DNA of 62,429 bases from a virus (lineage: Duplodnaviria > Caudoviricetes), in IMG/VR virus record IMGVR_UViG_3300023174_000005, positions 1-62,429 of that record; one strand, given 5' to 3'. The notes beneath the pieces were generated by a model. It was given only the letters and a program-made list of their open reading frames with translations. It had not been told where the DNA came from and ran no database searches. Numbering within the stretch: position 1 is the stretch's first letter; each line of letters begins with the position of its first letter. The position numbers and the translations under genes are program-made. Shown here piece after piece: positions 1 to 7,272 of this stretch.

Positions 1-127
1 GCTGCATCCATAAACTGTTTTTGTTTCTTACTGACTGCGGGCATTTGCTGCTCCCATTAAACGGTCTAACTTTTCATCCAACCTGTCTAGTCTATCCAAA
101 ACACGGTTAATGTCTGCATGAACTTCG
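1..127. repeat. Terminal overlap, identical to 62303-62429 (circular assembly)
   Basis: Exact 127-nt match of first and last bases; the join falls inside coding sequence and ORFs read through it. Confidence 0.97.
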
Positions 128-276
128 GCTTTTGTGACGTATTCTTTGGCAATTTCTTCGCGGGTACGATTAATCAAAATCTGAAGACGATTAATTTCAT
201 CAGACTTATCCTTCAATACCCACCCAACAACGCCCAAAAGAGCTGTCAAGCCAATGTTCCACAGCATCAGTTCCAT
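28..276 (-). CDS. Small membrane-anchored coiled-coil protein (MELMLWNIG...)
   Basis: ATG at 276 just after the upstream stop; N-terminal hydrophobic helix then heptad-like LDRLDRLDEKLDRL. Confidence 0.7.
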   Translation of the reverse strand: MELMLWNIGLTALLGVVGWVLKDKSDEINRLQILINRTREEIAKEYVTKAEVHADINRVLDRLDRLDEKLDRLMGAANARSQ

Positions 277-277
277 T

Positions 278-694
278 TCAGCACTCCGCCTTTTCGCTGT
301 TCTTGTACTTTTCCCATGCGGGATGATCTGCTGAAGCATACAAGTATTGTGCTGCAAATTCAAGTAGCATCGGATCATCTCTAAAGTGACCTAATCCACG
401 GTTACAGTGATTGCATAACATACCACGAACTTGCCCAGTTAAATGATCATGATCCACTACCAAAAGCTCACTAGATCCACAGATCACACATTCTGTGACT
501 GTGGTCTTTATTTCATGTAATTTCTCATCTGAAATTACTGCTCTAAATTTTCCACGGCAAATACTATTGCGATATGTAGCCCTGCATTCACGGCACCAGC
601 TATCTAATCCATTACGTTTTTTATTGTGTAACGGAAAAAACTCACTGGTTGCAGGTTTTTCTGCATGGCAGCGCGTACAACTTAGCATTTCCAT
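278..694 (-). CDS. Endonuclease VII-like (His-Me finger) putative homing endonuclease
   Basis: CxxC...VDHDHxTGxVRGMLCxxCNxGLGxFxD signature plus N-terminal CxxC/CxxC zinc module. Confidence 0.88.
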   Translation of the reverse strand: MEMLSCTRCHAEKPATSEFFPLHNKKRNGLDSWCRECRATYRNSICRGKFRAVISDEKLHEIKTTVTECVICGSSELLVVDHDHLTGQVRGMLCNHCNRGLGHFRDDPMLLEFAAQYLYASADHPAWEKYKNSEKAEC

Positions 695-933
695 GCTTTT
701 AACGCCAACGCTTTACGTGTTGGACGTCCTTTTTCATCCTTCATTGGGCCTTCCATGCCCCCCATTCTGGCGCAAAAAGAATCTCGTCGTGCCGCATCCT
801 TTTTTGTTTTAGGATTAGGCGCAGGGGGTTTTAAATTCATTCCCTGCGCTTTAGCAGAAGCACGGCCTTTGGCATTTAACCCACCTTTAGGGTTTTTGCC
901 CTCTTTCCGCTGCCACGCCGCCGTTTTTGCCAT
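682..933 (-). CDS. Small basic conserved phage protein (DUF6321-like)
   Basis: KGGLNAKGRA...RRDSFCARM...LKAWKC pattern; Lys-rich. Confidence 0.7.
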   Translation of the reverse strand: MAKTAAWQRKEGKNPKGGLNAKGRASAKAQGMNLKPPAPNPKTKKDAARRDSFCARMGGMEGPMKDEKGRPTRKALALKAWKC

Positions 934-935
934 GA

Positions 936-1118
936 TTAGTACATTTTGCAGGGCTTGTTACGAGCCAAACCTACACCACGCGGCGTAGTGGAACCAGAAG
1001 GAGCCACTGTTTTGCGAGGGGTCTGCTTAGCGCCACCTTTAGCCATGTCTTGTTTCTGTGCACCGGGCTGAACTTCGCCTTGGTACTGATCATCTGCCAT
1101 TTTTGCTGCTCGTCCCAT
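936..1118 (-). CDS. Small basic protein with MAKGG and RGVGxA motifs
   Basis: AGGAG RBS; C-terminus resembles that of 61999..62346. Confidence 0.7.
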   Translation of the reverse strand: MGRAAKMADDQYQGEVQPGAQKQDMAKGGAKQTPRKTVAPSGSTTPRGVGLARNKPCKMY

Positions 1119-1128
1119 TTTAGACTCC

Positions 1129-1638
1129 TTATCCGTAATAAATATTTACTGCCGCCACATTTGGCATGTATGCATATATGCCGTATCTAGCTACCACGCC
1201 ATCTTGCGGAATGAAAGGCGCGTTGTTGTAGCTGTCCCCTGCAGTGACGTCATAGGTCAACAACCAACGACCCGCATACACCATGGCCGCTCCTGCTGTA
1301 ATATTGCCAGAATTGATGTCGGTGATTGTGAAGGTGCTTGAGTTTGTAACAGTTACGGCGTAGTTTCCGTTAGTAGCTGTTCCGCCAGTCCCTGCTGCAA
1401 AATCAGCCCCAATTACATCGCCTGTAGCTAACCCATGGGCAGCCTGTGTAATGGTTACCGTAGTGCCCGAGCGCCCGTAAGTGGCAGTTGTAATTGGAGC
1501 GGTAGTCGTATCAAACAAAGACACCGCACCCGCAGTAGCCGTACCTACGTAGGATATGGCCTTGATACGGTTTCGTCCAAGCACCAAAAAACCACTAGTG
1601 TTTATGTGTGCCTGTTTTACGTCAGTTAAAAAAGCCAT
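1129..1638 (-). CDS. Virion structural protein with inserted beta-rich domain
   Basis: Late operon position, GGAGG RBS, Thr/Gly/Ala-rich TVTITxxAHGLxxGD module. Confidence 0.7.
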   Translation of the reverse strand: MAFLTDVKQAHINTSGFLVLGRNRIKAISYVGTATAGAVSLFDTTTAPITTATYGRSGTTVTITQAAHGLATGDVIGADFAAGTGGTATNGNYAVTVTNSSTFTITDINSGNITAGAAMVYAGRWLLTYDVTAGDSYNNAPFIPQDGVVARYGIYAYMPNVAAVNIYYG

Positions 1639-1651
1639 AATGGCCTCCTAG

Positions 1652-2170
1652 TTAAGCAGTACGGGTAAACACGTAGGCTGTTGCGCTTGAGAACATGATA
1701 GTGAAACGGGCAAGGCCAGTAACACCCGAAGCAACTGTCAGATCACCAAAAGAAGCAGCAGAGTCTGCGGCAGCAGTAGACAAAATACCGTTGACTGCAA
1801 CAGCAATTGTCACGGTGCTTGCACCGCCAGTGTTGTCAATGTACAGGTCCAACACTGTGCCTTTAGCCGCACCAATAGCAGCGCCAAGCGCTGTGCCTGT
1901 AGGCAACGTGATGGTTGTGGGAGCGGCAGATGTGGAAGTGATGTAGCCAGTAGCAACTTGGGTTGCAGTGGCTGTAGCCGTTGCGTTAATCGCAGCGGTT
2001 GTGGGGTGGTTCTGATCAGTGAAAACCAGATTTGTGGTAGTCAGGTTAGTTACGCTGGTGGTAGCACCAAATGTAGCGTTGACAGTAACTGCGCCAGTGG
2101 TAGCGCTTTTTGTGATGGATTGGAAGCCATTCTGGGAACGAACGGGTCCATTAAATGTGGTGGATGCCAT
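1652..2170 (-). CDS. Virion structural protein (MASTTFNGPVRS type)
   Basis: Thr/Ala-rich beta protein, AAGGA RBS, downstream of the capsid gene. Confidence 0.7.
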   Translation of the reverse strand: MASTTFNGPVRSQNGFQSITKSATTGAVTVNATFGATTSVTNLTTTNLVFTDQNHPTTAAINATATATATQVATGYITSTSAAPTTITLPTGTALGAAIGAAKGTVLDLYIDNTGGASTVTIAVAVNGILSTAAADSAASFGDLTVASGVTGLARFTIMFSSATAYVFTRTA

Positions 2171-2181
2171 GATTTTTCCTT

Positions 2182-2249
2182 ACATACAAGTTAGGCACAT
2201 CAATCTGTATGTCGTCAGCCGGGACTGTTTGATGCACCGGAAAGCCCGG
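2182..2249 (-). ncRNA. Structured leader RNA with three interleaved helices; candidate Mu-gpT-DE-like motif
   Basis: Minus strand pairings CCGGG/CCCGG, GGTGCATCAA/TTGATGTGCC and ACATACAG/TTGTATGT; ends directly at the AAGGA RBS; downstream of a Mu gpT-like capsid gene. Confidence 0.65.
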
Positions 2250-2258
2250 ATTACTGTG

Positions 2259-2288
2259 TTTATATCATGGCTTTTTAAGTAGTGCAAC
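2259..2288 (-). promoter_or_regulatory. Sigma70-like promoter for the structured leader and 1652..2170
   Basis: TTGCAC-17 nt-TATAAA with TGn extended -10. Confidence 0.6.
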
Positions 2289-2327
2289 CATTATTTTTTT
2301 GTCACAATTTGTTGGCATTATACGACC

Positions 2328-2771
2328 ATGAAATACCGCGTTGTTCCTGTTGATACCCGCCAACCAGAAGTGGTGCAACTGTTGACGTTGCTTCAAAAAG
2401 CGTGTCTCCCCGCAGATGTGGTGTACAAAATTACAGACAAGGAATACTGGTATGTCGCTTACACACATGATGGTGAAGCTGTTGGGTTCGCTGGTGTTGT
2501 TCCCTCTGCTCGTTGGTCTGATACCATGTATCTTTGTCGGGCAGGTGTTGTACTCGCTCATCGTGGACGCGGGCTTCAGAAAAGGCTTATTAAAGCGCGT
2601 ATTCGCAAGGCCAAGTCATTAGGCATGAATTGGGTAATCACCGACACCAACGAAAACCCCGCATCTGCAAACAGTTTGATAGCTGTGGGTTTTAAAATGT
2701 TTGAGCCATCTCAACCATGGGGTTTAAAAACGGCACTGTACTGGAAGTACCGGATCAAGCATGCCGTATAA
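2328..2771 (+). CDS. GNAT family acetyltransferase
   Basis: Acetyl-CoA motif A VxxxHRGRGLQKRL and C-terminal NxASxxxLxxxGF. Confidence 0.88.
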   Translation: MKYRVVPVDTRQPEVVQLLTLLQKACLPADVVYKITDKEYWYVAYTHDGEAVGFAGVVPSARWSDTMYLCRAGVVLAHRGRGLQKRLIKARIRKAKSLGMNWVITDTNENPASANSLIAVGFKMFEPSQPWGLKTALYWKYRIKHAV

Positions 2772-3141
2772 AGACGAAACTGTTAAGAAAACTAAACAAA
2801 AGACGTATGCAAACACGTACTATGAAAAAAATAAAGCGACCATAATTGCCGCAAGTAAAGCCTCGGCTAAGGCGTATAAAGATCAGTGGCGTAGCTTTAA
2901 AGCTACATTAGCTTGCATAAAGTGCGGACAAAACCACCCAGCTACATTTGACTTTCACCACATAGACAGCAGTACAAAAGAAGAGTCAATCAACAAGCTG
3001 ATAAAAAACCGTGCCTTTAAGCGTGCTATGGAAGAAGTCAAGAAGTGCGTTGTACTCTGCGCCAACTGCCACCGCATACACCACCACGACGAACGGCTTG
3101 TTAAAAAAGCTAAAAAAAAGAAGGGGGCCAAAGCCCCCTAA
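2761..3141 (+). CDS. HNH endonuclease-like protein
   Basis: CxxCG...FDFHH...KCVVLCANCHRIHH. Confidence 0.85.
   Translation: MPYKDETVKKTKQKTYANTYYEKNKATIIAASKASAKAYKDQWRSFKATLACIKCGQNHPATFDFHHIDSSTKEESINKLIKNRAFKRAMEEVKKCVVLCANCHRIHHHDERLVKKAKKKKGAKAP
3112..3139 (-). terminator. Intrinsic terminator at convergent gene ends
   Basis: AGGGGGC/GCCCCCT stem with adjacent A-run (U-run on minus strand). Confidence 0.6.
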
Positions 3142-3143
3142 TA

Positions 3144-3365
3144 TCACTCTGTTTTAGCAGCTTCGGCTTCAGCAGCCGCAACTTCGTCTTCATCTTCGTC
3201 TTCAAACTCGTCATCAAGCACAGCCGTGGCTTCGTACTCAACAGCCCAACCGTAGTGTTCTTGAAACTCTACAAACTTTTGAAAGATATCGATAACGTCA
3301 AAATCGTGAGTTTCAATAACCAATTTGTTATTGCCAAAAACGCCAAATTCCATTTCAAATTTCAT
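3144..3365 (-). CDS. Small highly acidic hypothetical protein
   Basis: 73-aa ORF with D/E-rich tail and GGGG-type RBS. Confidence 0.6.
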   Translation of the reverse strand: MKFEMEFGVFGNNKLVIETHDFDVIDIFQKFVEFQEHYGWAVEYEATAVLDDEFEDEDEDEVAAAEAEAAKTE

Positions 3366-3429
3366 AATGTGCCCCTAAGATTTATGCAACCACAGCGGCT
3401 GCAAGTCTATCCTAGTTTAACTTTGTGAC

Positions 3430-3458
3430 AAAAAAAAGGCCACCCGAAAGTGGCCTTT
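3430..3458 (-). terminator. Intrinsic terminator after the major capsid gene
   Basis: AAAGGCCAC/GTGGCCTTT stem followed by a T run on the minus strand. Confidence 0.8.
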
Positions 3459-3479
3459 AGTACGCAAACTGCGTATGAA

Positions 3480-4391
3480 TTAAGCGCCGGGTGAACCGTA
3501 AGCGCCACGTGGGTCAGACCAGCCGAAGCTGTAACGCTCACGAGCCTTGTAACGAACGTTACCTGTGTCAAAGTCGCCTTCAAAGGCTGTCTTGATAGGT
3601 GAGCGCTCGAACATTTTCAAGCCGTTAGGTGCATCAGTGATGATGAACCAAGCGTTGACGTCTGTCAAGTAGTGGTTTACAGAGTAGCCTTCTGGGAGCA
3701 TGCCCATAGACTTGATGGCGTTGACATCATTGTCAGCAGTGCCAGTACGCAAAGTGCTCTTCATCAGGCGCTCTGCAGTGAACTGCAGTTCCTTAGGAAC
3801 AATCATCTTGCGGCCAGTCAAAGCGACCTTCAAGCCACGCTCGTCGATAAACGCTGCGATGTCAATCAAGGCTTGCTCCAACGATGTCTCGTTCAAGTCT
3901 GCAGCCACTGCGGGAGTGTTTGCATAGTTGGAAGACAAAGCAGTTGGGTGGGCTGTAGAGAACAATGCAACGCCGTCGCCGCCGGCATAGGTGCCGCCAG
4001 TGAAACCGTTGTTCAACACAGAAGCAGCTTTTACTTGCTTTGTGAAGCTCATTGAACGAGCCATAGCCTTGGTGTAACGACCTGACAAGCGGTCATACAA
4101 GTTATCTTCCACAGCTTCCTCTGTCAACGCGAAAGCCATAGCAACGGTTTCGTGTGTGTAGCGGGCTGTGAAGGATTCCAGTGCTGTGTCGTACTGAACG
4201 CCGGCACCCTCAGTTTTCACTGGAGCAGAACCGAAGCCAGTCAACATGACCTCTTCTTCAAATGCACGGTCAGAAGTCTCGATAGAGAAGATCTGCTCGT
4301 GCTCGTTTTCGTAACGCTTGTACTCTAAGCCGAACAATGCGTTCAGGCCGGGCTCAAGTTCTTTTACTAGTTGGGAACGTGTAATAGCCAT
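3480..4391 (-). CDS. Major capsid protein (HK97 fold, Mu gpT-like)
   Basis: 303 aa; MAITRSQLVKELEPGLNALFG start and RYKARERYSFGWSDPRG end; follows scaffold; strong terminator. Confidence 0.9.
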   Translation of the reverse strand: MAITRSQLVKELEPGLNALFGLEYKRYENEHEQIFSIETSDRAFEEEVMLTGFGSAPVKTEGAGVQYDTALESFTARYTHETVAMAFALTEEAVEDNLYDRLSGRYTKAMARSMSFTKQVKAASVLNNGFTGGTYAGGDGVALFSTAHPTALSSNYANTPAVAADLNETSLEQALIDIAAFIDERGLKVALTGRKMIVPKELQFTAERLMKSTLRTGTADNDVNAIKSMGMLPEGYSVNHYLTDVNAWFIITDAPNGLKMFERSPIKTAFEGDFDTGNVRYKARERYSFGWSDPRGAYGSPGA

Positions 4392-4393
4392 GA

Positions 4394-4975
4394 TTATGCT
4401 CCGTCAGCAGCAACGCCTGTACTACCGTACTGGTGTTGATTAAGTTTAACAACAACCACAGCGTATTGACCCAATTCATTGTCAGGCTGATCGCTCAAAC
4501 CAACAATTTTCATAGTCAATGCAGCAGTCTTCGCGGGTGTTCCCAACGTACCAGCAGAAATACCAGTCACAGTGCTACCAGTTGTGGAAGCAGTAGGATC
4601 AGCATTCTTACCGATATCAGCTTGAGCAATAGTGCCCGCAGCTTGGATCAAGAACAATTGGTTGGGGTCATCCAACACTTCGCAAGCAATGATGCCTGCA
4701 GTGATATCGACACTACCGGGGTAGAAGTTTTTCCATGTGGGCTTGCCCGCACGGGTTGGGTCATAGTACTGGCAACCGTTGAACACGCCTGTGGGGGCGG
4801 TGTGCGTAGCTGCGTCATACTTAATGATGTAGCCGTCGTATACGACAACTAAATCGCCTTGGAAAATTGCTCCGGCTTGGTTATCCGCAATTTGATAGCC
4901 ATACTGCTTCTGGGCTCCAGTAGCAGATAGGTTACCAATGGGACGCAGGCCAAAAGGCTTATTTACGTTTGCCAT
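4394..4975 (-). CDS. Putative capsid decoration/cement protein
   Basis: Immediately upstream of MCP; MANxNxPFGLRP...IFQGDLV pattern. Confidence 0.65.
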   Translation of the reverse strand: MANVNKPFGLRPIGNLSATGAQKQYGYQIADNQAGAIFQGDLVVVYDGYIIKYDAATHTAPTGVFNGCQYYDPTRAGKPTWKNFYPGSVDITAGIIACEVLDDPNQLFLIQAAGTIAQADIGKNADPTASTTGSTVTGISAGTLGTPAKTAALTMKIVGLSDQPDNELGQYAVVVVKLNQHQYGSTGVAADGA

Positions 4976-5010
4976 TTGTAGCTCCTACAAAAATTTAAAG
5001 TATCAACGTT

Positions 5011-5511
5011 TTATTGTTGACGGAATGTTGTGCGCGAGCTCCTCTCGGGGCTCTGAATCCGCATTGTAGAGTGTGCGTTCTCTCGCATCATCTCGTTGTC
5101 AACAGCGTGTAACTGTTCCTGAGCCTTACGGCGGTAATACTCGTTGCGCTCTGCAATAGTCTCATCGGGAACTCTTGCAAGCAAAAGTCCACCTACAGAA
5201 ACCACTCCAGCATGCTTACCGTCATCAACGGTAGGCATCATGCCTTGATATTCTTCTGGCAACTCTTCAAGACGGACTAGTTCATAGCCCTCACGAAGAC
5301 GTCCGTAGACGTTTTGTTTGTCCAGATGGCCATTCACTTCGGCACGGATCCAACGATGCTTAAACCCTTCGGGGGCAGGAGGCGCGTCAAGACGTGAAGG
5401 AGGGGTCCAAGGACGGCGACGCTTTTCCGTATCGCGGGTTGCGCGGGGGGCTTTGTCGATAGTAACTTTAGTCATTGTTTCACTCCTTAACATACTTGGC
5501 ATACTCTTCAA
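5011..5511 (-). CDS. Conserved head-module protein (likely start near 5475, MTKV)
   Basis: WxPPSxLDAPxAPxGFxHRWIR motif; AAGGAG precedes the internal ATG. Confidence 0.75.
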   Translation of the reverse strand: MKSMPSMLRSETMTKVTIDKAPRATRDTEKRRRPWTPPSRLDAPPAPEGFKHRWIRAEVNGHLDKQNVYGRLREGYELVRLEELPEEYQGMMPTVDDGKHAGVVSVGGLLLARVPDETIAERNEYYRRKAQEQLHAVDNEMMRENAHSTMRIQSPERSSRTTFRQQ

Positions 5512-6397
5512 GAGGAACGCCCAGTTTTTTTGCTATAGCAACCTGACTCGGCGAAAGCCGGACAGTACGGCGCGCACTATTTATTCCCGAACTACGGGCG
5601 GCAGGGGCAACAGCAGGCGCGGAACGCTGTTGTCTGGATTGGTCTTTAAACTTGTCTGGAAAAGTATTCCTAACTCGTTTGTCAAGTTCAGTATAGTACT
5701 CATCTGAACTTGGGTCAACACCTTCTTGTTCAACAAGTGTTTGGTGTATGCCCCACGCAGCATAAGTCATCACGCGGTCTTGTCCAAACCACGAGTTTTG
5801 TTCTGCCCATTCCTCGGCACGAGGACTAGGAACAGGGCGTTGAGGTTGCGCAGCAGGTGCTGGTTGCGCTTGTTGGTATTGTTGCTGTTGAACAACTTCT
5901 TGCTGCGACTGCAACCAACCTGCTACTTGACGCTGCTCACCCACCAAGGCAGACAAGCGCTCTTGCGCTTCTAACTCAGTGTTGATGTCGTTCTCTTCCC
6001 GCGCTTTGGCAATGATTTGGCGCAACTGGACCTGTTGGGTCTCCAAACGGGTTTTAGCTTCGTTCAGGCGGCTGTAATCCGTCTGTACAAGCTTTTGCTG
6101 GAGGTTCTGCGTCTGGTTTTGCAGTCCTTTGGCGTACTCAATGGCTGCTTGCTCACGGCGCTCGGCCTCACGCATGCGCGCGGTGAGTTTAGAGATGCGT
6201 TTTTGAACACCTTCACTAATCTCATCCAACTCGTTTTTAGGAGCAGAATCAACTTCAGGTTTTTGGAATATCTTAGCCTCTGGCTCAGGTGCCGCAGGAC
6301 TCTCGTCGCCCTCAGGTCTGTCAAAGGTTACATCTGTAGCCTTTTCATCTGCCCCGAGGTCAAACTCAAGCTGCGAATCGTTCATTACTTGTGTCAT
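5480..6397 (-). CDS. Capsid scaffolding protein (putative)
   Basis: Acidic N-terminus, long coiled coil, C-terminal LSxSQVAIAKKLGVPLEEYAK; between GroES and MCP. Confidence 0.7.
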   Translation of the reverse strand: MTQVMNDSQLEFDLGADEKATDVTFDRPEGDESPAAPEPEAKIFQKPEVDSAPKNELDEISEGVQKRISKLTARMREAERREQAAIEYAKGLQNQTQNLQQKLVQTDYSRLNEAKTRLETQQVQLRQIIAKAREENDINTELEAQERLSALVGEQRQVAGWLQSQQEVVQQQQYQQAQPAPAAQPQRPVPSPRAEEWAEQNSWFGQDRVMTYAAWGIHQTLVEQEGVDPSSDEYYTELDKRVRNTFPDKFKDQSRQQRSAPAVAPAARSSGINSARRTVRLSPSQVAIAKKLGVPLEEYAKYVKE

Positions 6398-6405
6398 ATG
6401 CTTCC

Positions 6406-6864
6406 TTACATGTGCAGAATGTCTTCTGGGTCCTTAACACGGGCCAGAATTTCGTCATCATTGAGAATACGGATCTCTCCGCCATCAATGCCCATACGTG
6501 CGCCAGCGTACCGACCAAAAATGATCCAATCGCCTTCTTTACACCAAGGACCGTCCGGAAACTTGTCGGTGTCTTTGTAAGCGAGTGGGCCAACGGCCAA
6601 AACGTATGCGCAAGTGGTAGTGAGTTGCTGTCGTTCCAAAGTTTCCTCGGCTAATTCAATGCCGCCCTTGGTTTTCTTAGCGCCTCTGTAGGGCAAAACA
6701 ACAATCCGCCAACCTGTGGGCTGTGGAAGGTGTTCCCTGATGTTTTCGATGCGTTGCTCTTCTTCCGCCTCTTCAATCTTGGCAGCCTCAGCAAGAGCGG
6801 CTTCAAAGGCGGCTTTTTCCACCGCTTCCTCAGCCCATCGCTTCTCTAATGCAGTCATTTCCAT
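6406..6864 (-). CDS. groES: GroES-like co-chaperonin
   Basis: PTGWRIVV...KTKGGI...VLAVGP...KEGDWIIFGRYAG...RILNDDEILA. Confidence 0.9.
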   Translation of the reverse strand: MEMTALEKRWAEEAVEKAAFEAALAEAAKIEEAEEEQRIENIREHLPQPTGWRIVVLPYRGAKKTKGGIELAEETLERQQLTTTCAYVLAVGPLAYKDTDKFPDGPWCKEGDWIIFGRYAGARMGIDGGEIRILNDDEILARVKDPEDILHM

Positions 6865-6876
6865 CTGTTTGGTCCT

Positions 6877-7074
6877 TTATAGATCAGAGTTCTTGTTCAA
6901 GACATCCTGTATGGCTTCCTGAACAAACGCATAACCCTCTAACCGGCCCATCAAATGTTTGTACTGCTCCATCGATTTGACATTGCCGCTGCTAACGAAG
7001 TCTTTAGTTTCGTTTTCAAGCCTGCGAATGGCAAATATGACTTTCTCTGCAAATTCAAGCATGGATAACTCCAA
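6877..7074 (-). CDS. Conserved small helical protein between portal and GroES
   Basis: YKHLMGRLEG pattern; GGAG RBS. Confidence 0.7.
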   Translation of the reverse strand: MELSMLEFAEKVIFAIRRLENETKDFVSSGNVKSMEQYKHLMGRLEGYAFVQEAIQDVLNKNSDL

Positions 7075-7128
7075 TGAAGCAGACAGATAGACCCCTGTCC
7101 GAAGGTTACGTGGCTATTATGCACACTT

Positions 7129-7272
7129 TTACGCTAATTTTACCTTTTTGAATGCATCTTTTCGGTAAACATACGTTACGCGTGGGTCATTTTGTGGTGT
7201 TTTTACACTTTTTGGTGACCCAGACATCTCTTTAGGCTCTTTTTTAGTCTTTTTTGTTGCTTTGGTTTGCAT
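7129..7272 (-). CDS. Small basic protein, 47 aa (MQTKATKKTKK...KKVKLA), not in the ORF track
   Basis: Hand-translated; AAGGAG upstream within the portal 3' end. Confidence 0.55.
   Translation of the reverse strand: MQTKATKKTKKEPKEMSGSPKSVKTPQNDPRVTYVYRKDAFKKVKLA

Noticed and set aside
1-127. Biological direct terminal repeat
   Set aside because: 127 nt equals a common assembler k-mer and the join lies within two overlapping genes; it shows circularity, not physical ends
278-694. Group I intron or intein hosting the endonucleases
   Set aside because: Endonuclease ORFs abut intact neighbouring genes with no room for intron core; no intein ends noticed in TerL, Pol A or helicases
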